In this document: piece by piece, positions 1 through 8,478 of the stretch
Layout: every line of letters starts with the position of its first letter
Numbering within the stretch: position 1 is the first letter of the stretch
NCBI GenBank assembly: GCA_031425655.1
Contig: JANPJS010000215.1
Span: forward strand, 1-29,956
Source: Abditibacteriaceae bacterium
GTDB taxonomy: Bacteria; Armatimonadota; Abditibacteriia; Abditibacteriales; Abditibacteriaceae
DNA: 29,956 nt
Direction: 5' to 3'
Notes under the pieces: generated by a model
What the model was told of the DNA's origin: nothing
The model's database searches: none
Seen by the model: the letters and a program-made list of their open reading frames with translations, nothing else
Translations under genes and position numbers: made by a program

Positions 1-149
1 TGCGGATTAGTTTGTCAAAGATCAAAATCGCCGGATGGCAGAAGACATTTTTGTGTCTCATGCGTTTGCTCTAATGCGTTTGCCCTGCGCCCTGAAGCGT
101 CCGGGAGCAGCGGCTACACTTAAAGGCACCCGCTCGAATTCTAAAGCTC

Positions 150-3100
150 ATGCTCCCTTCTCGAAAACTTCTAATTATCGGCGCCGCCATCCTTGTCATC
201 GCCCTGACTTGTTTCTATTTCGCGCGCCAGTCGCAGCGCGGCTCGTCGCCGTCTTCGCCGCGCTACGCGGAGTTTATTTCGGCGTTTTATTCGGGCGTCA
301 CGGCGTTGGAAACCGGCGAAAACCGCGCTCGCACGCGCTTGGAAAAAGCCACAGAATTGATGCCGAACGAAGCGGCGGCGTGGGCCAATTTGGGCCTTTT
401 GCAGCTTCGCAACAACGAACTCGACCTCGCGCTGCAAAGTTTGAAAAAAGCGCAAGAACTGGCACCGAACAATGCCGCGATTGAAGCATTGCTCGGCCTT
501 GTTTACAGCAAGCGCGGTGAATCGGCGTTAGCAATTGAACACCTCAAACGCGCTATTGAACTCGACCCGAAAAACCTGAAAACGCGCTACGCCCTGATGC
601 AGGAAATCGAGCGCCAGAACGCGCCGGACAGTCTTGCCGAAGCCGCCAAAGTTCTCGATGAAATTCTCAAACTGGTGCCGAACAACTTAGTCGCGCACCT
701 CGACCGCGCGCGATTGGCGGCCAAATCCGGCGATGCTGCGACACTGAAAAAAGAAGTCGCCTGGCTCACCGACGCCGGCAAAAATTGGCCCGCCGAAGTG
801 CAGGAACAGCTTAAAGAATTGCAGGCGGCGACCAATCCGCAACAGGCGGCGTTGCGCGTGCTGTTTTTAGGAAACGTGCTGAAACCGCTGCCCGAATATC
901 AAAAGGCGCTCGCCGAACTTATGACGCCCGCCAACGAATTGGGCGAAATTATTGTTCGCCCGCTTTCGATGCCCGCGCCGCTTGGCAAAGCGGCTGCGCC
1001 CGATTTGGCGTTGAAATTCACGCCGCAGCCGCTCAACGTGCCGGGCAGTTTCCAAAGCGCGGGCGTTTATTGGAAAAATGGCGAAGGCAAGCCCGACGTT
1101 TTGCTATTGAAAGACGGCGTAGTGCGCTACGACAACGGCACCAAATCGCTGCCTTTTCCCGGCGCGCCCGGCAAAGCCTTGCCGCTCGATTGGGATTACG
1201 ATTTTAAAACCGACTTGGCTTTAGCCGGCTCGAAAGGCTTTCGCCTGTTTCGCCAGACCGAAAAAGGCGATTTCACCGACGTAACTGCGAAGACCGGCCT
1301 GCCAGCCGCCGTATTGAGCGCGAATTACACCGGCGCGTGGCCCGCCGACATCGAAATGGACGGCGATCTCGACATCGTGCTGGCCTCGCAAAACGATGCG
1401 CCGGTGCTTCGCAACAACGGCGACGGCACATTCAAAGTGCTGCGTCCGTTCGGCAAAATCGCGAACGTCGCTGATTTCGCGTGGGGCGATTTGGATAACG
1501 ATGGCGACCCGGACGCGGTTTTCGCCAGCGACAAACTGAGGGCGTTTTTTAACGAGCGTTCGGGAGTGTTTACAGCGGTGGAGCCGCCGCGCGAAATGGC
1601 GCAGCCGCTCTCGTTAGATATTGCCGACATGGACGGCGATAGCATGATTGATGTGGTCGTCGCGGCTGCGGGCGATTCTCTGAAGCGGTTTTTTTGGCAG
1701 GATGACCAATGGCAGCGCGCGGAAATTACCAGCGAGGCGCCGAAACAAGACGAGCGCGTTTTTATCGCTGATTTAGACAACAACGGCGCGCTGGATGTAA
1801 TTTTAAGTGGCCCCGCTCAGTCGCAAATCTTGCTCGGCGATGAAAACGGCAAATGGCAGCCGATGGCGTCGGCTTTGGAAACCAGTGTTCACGGGATAGC
1901 GGATAACAACGCCGATGGCCGTCTTGATTTGCTGGCGTTGGACGCTAAAGGCGCGCCGCAATGGTTGATTAACAGCGGCGCGAAAAATTACGGCTGGCTG
2001 GAACTGCGGCCTCGCGCTCAGTCGGGAAATCCGGGCGATCAACGCATCAATTCGTTCGGCATCGGCGGCGAGATTTCGATTCGTTCCGGCTTGCTTTTTC
2101 AAAAACAAGTGATTCAGGCGCCGGTCGTGCATTTCGGATTGGGCGAAAATCAAAGCGCCGAAATGGCGCGCATCGTGTGGCCGAACGGTAGCGTGCGCGC
2201 CGAGTTCGATATCAAAGGCAACCAATCCGTCGAAAATCTGCAACGCTTAACCGGCTCGTGCCCATTCCTTTTCGCGTGGGACGGCCAGCAAATGAGTTTC
2301 ATCACCGATTGCATCTGGCGTTCGCCGCTGGGACTGAAAATCAACGCGCAGGACACCGCCGGAACGATGCAAACTGAAGACTGGCTCAAAATTCGCGGCG
2401 ACCAACTGAAGCCGAAAGATGGCATTTTGAACCTGAGCGTCACCGCCGAACTGTGGGAAACCCATTTCTTCGATCATGTCGGCTTGATGAGCGTAGATCA
2501 TCCACGCGGGACGGAAGTTTGGGTGGATGAGCGGCTCGCCTTTCCTCAGCCGCCGTTGCAGGTTTACGCGACTAAGCCCGTCATTCCGGTGCGCGCCTGG
2601 GACGATAATCGCCGCGAAGTTTCCGAAGTCGTGGCCGCGCGCGACGCAAAATATCTCGACAATTTCGGACGCGGACGCTATCAGGGCGTGACGCGCGATC
2701 ACTGGGTGGAAATCGCGGTTCCCGAAAGCGCGCCGCGAAATGTGCCGCTTTATCTCATCGCGCACGGTTGGATTCATCCGACCGATTCTTCGATTAACGT
2801 CGCCATCGGACAGGGCAAAAACACGCCGCCACAAGGCTTGCGACTCGAAACGCCGGACGCTAAAGGCAATTGGCGCGTAGCCAAACCGGGCCTCGGTTTT
2901 CCCGAAGGCAAAGTCAAAACCGTGGTGATTCGCCTCGACGATGCCTTCGCGCCGAACGCGCCGCGCCGCGCGCGATTACGCACCAATTTAGAAATTTTCT
3001 GGGATTCGTTAGCCGTTGCCGAAGGGTTGCCGAAGGCGCCTTTGAAGCAGCAACGCTTGCCGCTGCGCCGTGCCGATTTGCGCTACCGCGGCTTTTCCGA

Positions 3101-3563
3101 TGTGCGCGCTGCGGATAATTCGTCGCCGGAATTGCCGCAATCGTATGAAAATCTCGATTCGACCGGCCAAAAATGGCGCGATTTAATCGGCTATTACACG
3201 CGCTTTGGCGATGTGCGCCCACTGCTGAAAGGCGTGGACGACCGCTATGTGATTATGAACGCGGGCGACGAAATGAAACTTTCGTTCGATAATCCGGCCC
3301 CGCCGCCCGCCGGTTGGGTGCGCGATTGGGTTTTCATCGGCGACGGCTGGGTCAAGGACGGCAATCTCAACACGGCTTTCAGCAAAACCGTGCTGCCTCT
3401 GCCGTCGCACAGTCGCCCCGATTACACAACGCCGCCGCGCCGTTTGCAAGACGATCCGGTTTGGAAGGCGCACAAAAGCGACTGGGAAACTTATCACACG
3501 CGCTACGTCACGCCACAAAGTTTCGCGTCGGCGTTACATCCGCGCGATTTACGGGAACATTAA
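150..3563 (+). CDS. Membrane-anchored TPR + FG-GAP/VCBS repeat + ASPIC/UnbV-domain protein with a long C-terminal domain
   Basis: 1137-aa ORF. N-terminal hydrophobic anchor (LLIIGAAILVIALTCFYF), TPR-like repeats (AAAWANLGLLQ, ALLGLVYSKRGE), repeated DxDxDGxxD Ca-binding motifs (DIEMDGDLD, DLDNDGDPD, DLDNNGALD), ASPIC-like 'HFGLG...IVWPNG', then a 'GSCPFLFAWDG' C-terminal domain. Confidence 0.85.
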   Translation: MLPSRKLLIIGAAILVIALTCFYFARQSQRGSSPSSPRYAEFISAFYSGVTALETGENRARTRLEKATELMPNEAAAWANLGLLQLRNNELDLALQSLKKAQELAPNNAAIEALLGLVYSKRGESALAIEHLKRAIELDPKNLKTRYALMQEIERQNAPDSLAEAAKVLDEILKLVPNNLVAHLDRARLAAKSGDAATLKKEVAWLTDAGKNWPAEVQEQLKELQAATNPQQAALRVLFLGNVLKPLPEYQKALAELMTPANELGEIIVRPLSMPAPLGKAAAPDLALKFTPQPLNVPGSFQSAGVYWKNGEGKPDVLLLKDGVVRYDNGTKSLPFPGAPGKALPLDWDYDFKTDLALAGSKGFRLFRQTEKGDFTDVTAKTGLPAAVLSANYTGAWPADIEMDGDLDIVLASQNDAPVLRNNGDGTFKVLRPFGKIANVADFAWGDLDNDGDPDAVFASDKLRAFFNERSGVFTAVEPPREMAQPLSLDIADMDGDSMIDVVVAAAGDSLKRFFWQDDQWQRAEITSEAPKQDERVFIADLDNNGALDVILSGPAQSQILLGDENGKWQPMASALETSVHGIADNNADGRLDLLALDAKGAPQWLINSGAKNYGWLELRPRAQSGNPGDQRINSFGIGGEISIRSGLLFQKQVIQAPVVHFGLGENQSAEMARIVWPNGSVRAEFDIKGNQSVENLQRLTGSCPFLFAWDGQQMSFITDCIWRSPLGLKINAQDTAGTMQTEDWLKIRGDQLKPKDGILNLSVTAELWETHFFDHVGLMSVDHPRGTEVWVDERLAFPQPPLQVYATKPVIPVRAWDDNRREVSEVVAARDAKYLDNFGRGRYQGVTRDHWVEIAVPESAPRNVPLYLIAHGWIHPTDSSINVAIGQGKNTPPQGLRLETPDAKGNWRVAKPGLGFPEGKVKTVVIRLDDAFAPNAPRRARLRTNLEIFWDSLAVAEGLPKAPLKQQRLPLRRADLRYRGFSDVRAADNSSPELPQSYENLDSTGQKWRDLIGYYTRFGDVRPLLKGVDDRYVIMNAGDEMKLSFDNPAPPPAGWVRDWVFIGDGWVKDGNLNTAFSKTVLPLPSHSRPDYTTPPRRLQDDPVWKAHKSDWETYHTRYVTPQSFASALHPRDLREH

Positions 3564-3578
3564 AAGTGCGCAAGCATT

Positions 3579-3724
3579 AAATTGGGGTGTTGGGTTTTGG
3601 GTGTTGGGTTTGGGGAAACCGGCGCGATTGAGCAACGAGCTAAGTGTAATAGAGTAGCAAGCCGGATTGTCAACACCCAAAACCCAACACCCGAAACCCA
3701 ACACCCAAAACCCAAAACCTAATT
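3579..3724. repeat. Heptamer-array palindrome (GGGTKTT / CAAMACC units) with a ~55-nt spacer
   Basis: Left arm aattggggtgttgggttttgggtgttgggtttgggg (3580-3615). Right arm is 7 tandem CAAMACC-like units (3671-3719) followed by taatt. The arms are near reverse complements. Confidence 0.95.
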
Positions 3725-3730
3725 CTCGTC

Positions 3731-5539
3731 ATGCACTCTTCAAAAAATCGGCCTCTGGTCGTCCTGATTTTCATCGCTTTGTTGGCTTTGCCCTTCATTT
3801 TGCAGCGCCGCGATGCCCCGCATCAAAACTCCGAGGCGCCGTCGGATGCTACGGCGCTTGAACGCTACGGGTTTCGTTTCGAGGAAGTTTCCAAGGCCTC
3901 CGGCGTGGATTTTACGCACAGCGCGCCGCAGTTGGACGCCAAACTGGACCACATCATGACGCAAGTCGCTTCGATGGGCGCAGGTGTGGCCGTCGCCGAT
4001 TTCGACCGCGATGGCTGGAACGATTTCTACGCGACCGACAGCGGAACCGGCACGAAAAACCGCCTTTATCGCAACAAGCACGACGGCACTTTCGAGGACG
4101 TGGCGACGAGGTTTGGCGTGGCTGATCTCAATGCGCGGCCCGTGGAATTGGGCGTGAGCATGGGCGCGGTTTGGGGCGATTACGACAACGACGGATGGGA
4201 AGATTTGCTGGTTTATCGCTGGGGAAAACCGGCGCTTTTTCATAACGACGGCGGCAAAAAATTCACCGACGTGTCGGCCAAAGCGAATTTCCCGGCGTGG
4301 GTCAACGCCAACAACGCGATCTGGCTTGATTACGACCGCGACGGGCGTTTGGACGTGTTTTTAGCGGGATATTTTCCCGAAACCATCAATTTATGGAAGC
4401 TGCGCGACACGCGCATCATGCCCGACAGCTTTGAATACGCGCAAAACGGCGGGCGCAAATATCTGCTGCGCAATCGCGGCGACGGCAGCTTCGAGGACGT
4501 GACCGCCAAAGCGGGCTTGGATTCGCGGCGCTGGGCTTTGGCGGCAGTCGCGGCGGATTTGCGCGGCACCGGCTATCCCGATATTGTCATCGCCAACGAT
4601 TACGGCGTCACGGAGTATTTCGCCAACGACAAAGGCCGGTTTCGGGAAATCGGCAAGCAAACCGGCATCGGCTTCGCGCCCAAAAGCGGCATGAACGCCT
4701 CGCTCGGCGACGTGATGAATAGCGGAACTCCGGCGATTTATATCTCGAACATTACCGAGCCGAACACGCTGAATCAGCGCAATAACTTGTGGGTTCCGCG
4801 CGACGGCGAAAACGTGCGCTACGACAACATGGCGGACGCAATGGGAATCGGCGACGGCGGTTGGAGTTTCGGCGCCCAATTCGGTGATTTCGACAACGAC
4901 GGCGCGCTGGATTTATATCTCACCAACGGCTACGTTTCCGGCGACCGCAAGGCGACTTACTGGTATGACTACTCGAAGATTACCGGCGCCAACAGCGCCA
5001 TCATCGCCGATGCCAAAAACTGGCCGCCCATCGGCACAATGAGCCTTTCGGGCTATCAATCGAAGCGCGTTTGGAAAAACGACGGCAAAGGCGCCTTCAA
5101 CGAAATCGCGCAGCAAGTCGGTGTGCGCGATCTCTTCGATGGGCGAGCCGTGGCTGTCGCCGATTTGTGGAATCGCGGCGTTTTGGATGTCATCGTCGCC
5201 AACCAAAAAGGCCCGCTGCTGCTTTACAAAAATCATGTCAAACCGGGCCAAAAGTGGATTCAATTCGCTTTGAAAGGCCGCGTCAGCAACCGCGATGCGG
5301 TTGGTGCGCGTGTGACTTTGTTCTGGAATGGGCAAAAGCAAACGCAGTTTCTCACCGGCGGCGAAGGTTTTTGCGCGCAGAATCAAAAGCGCCTGCATTT
5401 TGGCCTCGGCGCCGCGCCGAAGTTGGAAAAAGCCGTGATTCGCTGGCCGTCGGGCGCAAACAGCACCCTTACCGACTTGAAAATTGACCGGATCAACAGA
5501 ATCGAAGAGCGTGTCGAAGGAGCAAAACCCACCGCATGA
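3731..5539 (+). CDS. CRTAC1 family protein (FG-GAP/VCBS repeats + ASPIC/UnbV C-terminal domain), UnbV-like
   Basis: 602 aa, N-terminal TM/signal, multiple DxDxDGxxD repeats (DFDRDGWND, DYDNDGWED, DYDRDGRLD, DFDNDGALD), C-terminal 'SNRDAVGARV...RLHFGLG...IRWPSG'. Confidence 0.9.
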   Translation: MHSSKNRPLVVLIFIALLALPFILQRRDAPHQNSEAPSDATALERYGFRFEEVSKASGVDFTHSAPQLDAKLDHIMTQVASMGAGVAVADFDRDGWNDFYATDSGTGTKNRLYRNKHDGTFEDVATRFGVADLNARPVELGVSMGAVWGDYDNDGWEDLLVYRWGKPALFHNDGGKKFTDVSAKANFPAWVNANNAIWLDYDRDGRLDVFLAGYFPETINLWKLRDTRIMPDSFEYAQNGGRKYLLRNRGDGSFEDVTAKAGLDSRRWALAAVAADLRGTGYPDIVIANDYGVTEYFANDKGRFREIGKQTGIGFAPKSGMNASLGDVMNSGTPAIYISNITEPNTLNQRNNLWVPRDGENVRYDNMADAMGIGDGGWSFGAQFGDFDNDGALDLYLTNGYVSGDRKATYWYDYSKITGANSAIIADAKNWPPIGTMSLSGYQSKRVWKNDGKGAFNEIAQQVGVRDLFDGRAVAVADLWNRGVLDVIVANQKGPLLLYKNHVKPGQKWIQFALKGRVSNRDAVGARVTLFWNGQKQTQFLTGGEGFCAQNQKRLHFGLGAAPKLEKAVIRWPSGANSTLTDLKIDRINRIEERVEGAKPTA

Positions 5540-6456
5540 TTTCCGAACCAACTTCCGCACAAATCGCATCGCCGGTGGCTGATGCGCGCAAGAAATTCGT
5601 TTTCGATGCGCGCTACGGCCCGCCTTTGCTGATTACCAGCATTATTTTAGTGAGCCATGTGCTTTACGGCGTGTTGGAAAGCCCGTGGCACACGCTGGCT
5701 GCTATCGCCACGGCGATTGTCGTCGAAATCCTGCTTAGCCAATTGACTTTCGGGAAATTTCCGCATTTGGCCAGCGCTTATATTTCGGGCATTAGCGTGG
5801 GGATTTTGGTGCGCACGCCGTTTTTCTGGCCTTTCGTGCTTTGCGCGGCGATTTCCGTGGCCTCGAAATACGTTTTGCGCTGGGAAGGCCGGCATTTGTG
5901 GAATCCCTCGAATTTCGGCATCTGCGCGATGCTGTTTTTGGCGCATGACACGCTTTCGACTCTCAGCGTTCAGTGGGACAATCGCAGTTGGGCGATGTAT
6001 GTTATTTGGATGATCGGCGCCTACACGATTTATCGTCTCAAGCGTTTTCACATCTGCGCGACTTACGTGCTGTCGTTTCTCGCGTTCGCCGCGATTCGCG
6101 GAATGCTGACGGGACACGGTTTTGCCATCGAAGTCGCGCCGATTACCGGGCCGATGTATCAATTGTTCACGTTTTTCATGATTACCGACCCGAAAACCAC
6201 GGTGAAAAGCCGAAACGGGCAGATATTGGTGGCTTTTTGCGTGGCTGCGATGGAAATGGTTTTGCGAACCATGCAAATTTATCAGGGCGCCATCAGCGAT
6301 GATGCCTTGCGCGCTTTGGTCACGAATGTCGGTTTGCACGCGCCCTATTTCGCGCTGTTCACAGTCGGGCCGGTCGCCAACGCAATTGACATTTGGAACC
6401 ATAAGCGCCGCGCGCCGCGCGCTGGGGAAGCGCCTCTGGCCTCTGAAGCAGTCTGA
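5536..6456 (+). CDS. RnfD/NqrB-like integral membrane protein (UnbU-like)
   Basis: 306 aa polytopic protein with motifs 'SKY..R..GRHLWNPSNFG' and 'FFMITDPKT'. ATGA overlap with the upstream CRTAC1 gene. Confidence 0.8.
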   Translation: MISEPTSAQIASPVADARKKFVFDARYGPPLLITSIILVSHVLYGVLESPWHTLAAIATAIVVEILLSQLTFGKFPHLASAYISGISVGILVRTPFFWPFVLCAAISVASKYVLRWEGRHLWNPSNFGICAMLFLAHDTLSTLSVQWDNRSWAMYVIWMIGAYTIYRLKRFHICATYVLSFLAFAAIRGMLTGHGFAIEVAPITGPMYQLFTFFMITDPKTTVKSRNGQILVAFCVAAMEMVLRTMQIYQGAISDDALRALVTNVGLHAPYFALFTVGPVANAIDIWNHKRRAPRAGEAPLASEAV

Positions 6457-6568
6457 GAATAACGCCCATGGGTTGGTTGTATAAACGGTGGTTTGTGCAA
6501 CCTCTACCGATTGAGGAATGAACTGGTGGCAAGGGGCCGATGAACTTCTCGCGGAAAAATGGACAGTT

Positions 6569-6775
6569 GTAGGCCAATCGCATTAGAAAATTGGGAGGCC
6601 ACAGAGGGTGTCATTCCGAGCGGAGTTAGCGAGTGGAGCGAGCTAATGGAGTCGAGGAATCTTGCTGTAGCACCGAAAATTAAGATTCTTCGACTGCGTT
6701 ACGCTCGTGCCTCGCTTCACTCCGCTCAGAATCACAACTCATAAGGCCTCAAAAATTCCTATGCGTTTGCCTTAG
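6569..6775. mobile_element. Nested palindromic element: outer GGCAAACGCAT-type IR enclosing a GTCATTC-type long hairpin
   Basis: Outer arms gtaggccaatcgcattagaaaattgggaggcc (6569-6600) / ggcctcaaaaattcctatgcgtttgccttag (6745-6775). Inner arms tgtcattccgagcggagt (6609-6626) / actccgctcagaatcaca (6719-6736) and agtcgaggaatctt (6650-6663) / aagattcttcgact (6682-6695). Confidence 0.75.
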
Positions 6776-6879
6776 GCCAGCAGATTGCAGTTCCAATTTA
6801 TCAATAGGAATGTGTGATACTAACCAATCGCAATCGTTTCTCTTTACTTTACGATCATCATTTTTACACTTAACTGCTT

Positions 6880-7710
6880 ATGGACTTTTCCTGGATGTCA
6901 GAGCCTCAAGGCTGGATTGCGTTTGGCACTCTGGCCGCGCTTGAGATAGTGCTGGGTATTGACAACATCATCTTTATCTCGATTTTATCGGGCAAGTTGC
7001 CTGAACATCAGCGTGCTAAAGCACGCACCACTGGCCTGGCACTGGCCATGATCACGCGCATCTTGTTGCTGTTGTCACTGGCGTGGATCATGAAGGCGAC
7101 TTTGCCACTGTTCACCTTGCCGTTTCTATCAACGACAGCAGCGCCTGTGGCACATGGCGCCCATGAAATTGCCAATATTCCCGCACAGATTTCTGGCCGT
7201 GATCTGATTTTGCTGTTGGGCGGCCTGTTTTTGTTGGTCAAGAGTGTTCACGAAATTCATCATAAGCTGGAAGGCGAAGACGGCAGTGCTGAGAAACAAA
7301 GCAATGGAGCCAGCTACGCCTCAATTCTGGTGCAGATTCTCTTGCTTGACATCGTTTTCTCGCTCGATTCAGTGATCACAGCGGTCGGCATGGTCTCTAA
7401 CGTGAGCATTATGATCTCAGCGGTCGTGGTCGCGGTTGGCGTGATGCTTTTTGCGGCAGGCCCAATTTCTGATTTTGTGGAAAAACATCCGACAGTGAAG
7501 ATGTTGGCTCTCTCGTTCTTACTCTTGATTGGCGTAACGTTGGTAGCCGAAGGTCTGGGGCAACATTTCCCCAAGGGTTATATTTACTTTGCCATGGGTT
7601 TCTCGGTCTTCGTCGAAATGCTCAATTTGCGACTGCGTAAACCGCATGGCCCACCTGTTGAGTTGCGCGAGCCTTATCTACATCATACAGATGAGCATCA
7701 TCCAGAATAA
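6880..7710 (+). CDS. TerC family membrane protein
   Basis: Motifs 'LEIVLGIDNIIFI', 'LDIVFSLDSVITAVG', 'KGYIYFAMGFS'. Confidence 0.93.
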   Translation: MDFSWMSEPQGWIAFGTLAALEIVLGIDNIIFISILSGKLPEHQRAKARTTGLALAMITRILLLLSLAWIMKATLPLFTLPFLSTTAAPVAHGAHEIANIPAQISGRDLILLLGGLFLLVKSVHEIHHKLEGEDGSAEKQSNGASYASILVQILLLDIVFSLDSVITAVGMVSNVSIMISAVVVAVGVMLFAAGPISDFVEKHPTVKMLALSFLLLIGVTLVAEGLGQHFPKGYIYFAMGFSVFVEMLNLRLRKPHGPPVELREPYLHHTDEHHPE

Positions 7711-7735
7711 ACAGTTTGCTCCTTTAATCGTTATG

Positions 7736-7814
7736 CTCAGGACAAACGCATTACTCACGCCGGCGTGAGTCGGAGTTAAGATAGCTTTGCGAAACTTCTA
7801 TGCGTTCGCATTAG
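7736..7814. repeat. Short GGCAAACGCAT-type IR element containing a perfect 18-bp palindrome
   Basis: ctcaggacaaacgcatta ... ctatgcgttcgcattag, with internal actcacgccggcgtgagt (7753-7770). Confidence 0.6.
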
Positions 7815-7886
7815 CAGGATATAATCAACTCAAAAATGCCGGGTTTTACAACCTGAACTCAACCGAAGGAAAATTCAGACTGCATT

Positions 7887-8447
7887 ATGGTTCACGACAA
7901 CCAACAAGACCCAACAACGCCACAGCCCCGCGCCATTCCAGCCTCGCAATTAGCACTGGGAAAATTGATCTTTTTCAGCCGCTGGCTGCAAGCGCCGCTT
8001 TACGTCGGGCTAATTTTGGCGCAGATGGTTTACGTTTATCATTTCATGGTGGAGCTTTGGCATCTTTTCGAGAAAGCCTCGCGCATCACGGAAACCGACA
8101 TCATGCTGACCGTGCTCGGACTGATAGACGTTGTCATGATTGCCAACCTGTTGATTATGGTGATTGTCGGCGGTTACGAAACTTTCGTTTCGCGTCTTAA
8201 TCTCCAAGACCACCCCGACCAGCCGGAGTGGCTCTCACACGTCAATGCGGGCGTGCTCAAAGTCAAACTGGCGACGGCTTTGATCGGCATTTCTTCCATT
8301 CATCTGCTGAAAACTTTTATCAATATTGATGAAGTGCCGGAGAAAAGCGTGCTGTGGCAAATTGTCATTCATGTAACATTTGTAGGCTCGGCGTTGGCCT
8401 TAGCCGTAACTGACCGCATTTCAACGGCGCCCAGAGAAACTCATTAA
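7887..8447 (+). CDS. UPF0114 / YqhA (TIGR00645-type) membrane protein
   Basis: 'SRWLQAPLYVGL', 'GGYETFVSRL', 'LKVKLATALIGISSIHLLKTF' are typical of this family. Confidence 0.88.
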   Translation: MVHDNQQDPTTPQPRAIPASQLALGKLIFFSRWLQAPLYVGLILAQMVYVYHFMVELWHLFEKASRITETDIMLTVLGLIDVVMIANLLIMVIVGGYETFVSRLNLQDHPDQPEWLSHVNAGVLKVKLATALIGISSIHLLKTFINIDEVPEKSVLWQIVIHVTFVGSALALAVTDRISTAPRETH

Positions 8448-8478
8448 GGTCGTAAATCACAGACCAGAAGGCTTTGCT

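Noticed and set aside
3579..3724. CRISPR array or DGR interpretation of the short repeats
   Set aside because: Units are 7-8 nt, tandem and without unique spacers. No cas or reverse transcriptase gene is present, and no TR/VR pair is visible.
3667..3861. 64-aa ORF MSTPKTQHPKPNTQNPKP
   Set aside because: It is a translation of the heptamer repeat and overlaps the real CRTAC1 gene out of frame.
5536..6456. Calling this a true rnfD/nqrB of a respiratory complex
   Set aside because: No other Rnf/Nqr subunits are adjacent, no FMN-Thr motif is evident, and the context is ASPIC/UnbV genes.
6559..6744. 61-aa ORF, and similarly 16734-16991, 17055-17246 and 14714-15016
   Set aside because: These run through palindromic elements and show no protein-family features.
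6776..6879. yybP-ykoY manganese riboswitch upstream of the TerC gene
   Set aside because: The leader is short and AT-rich, and I cannot see the conserved helices. An Rfam scan would be decisive.
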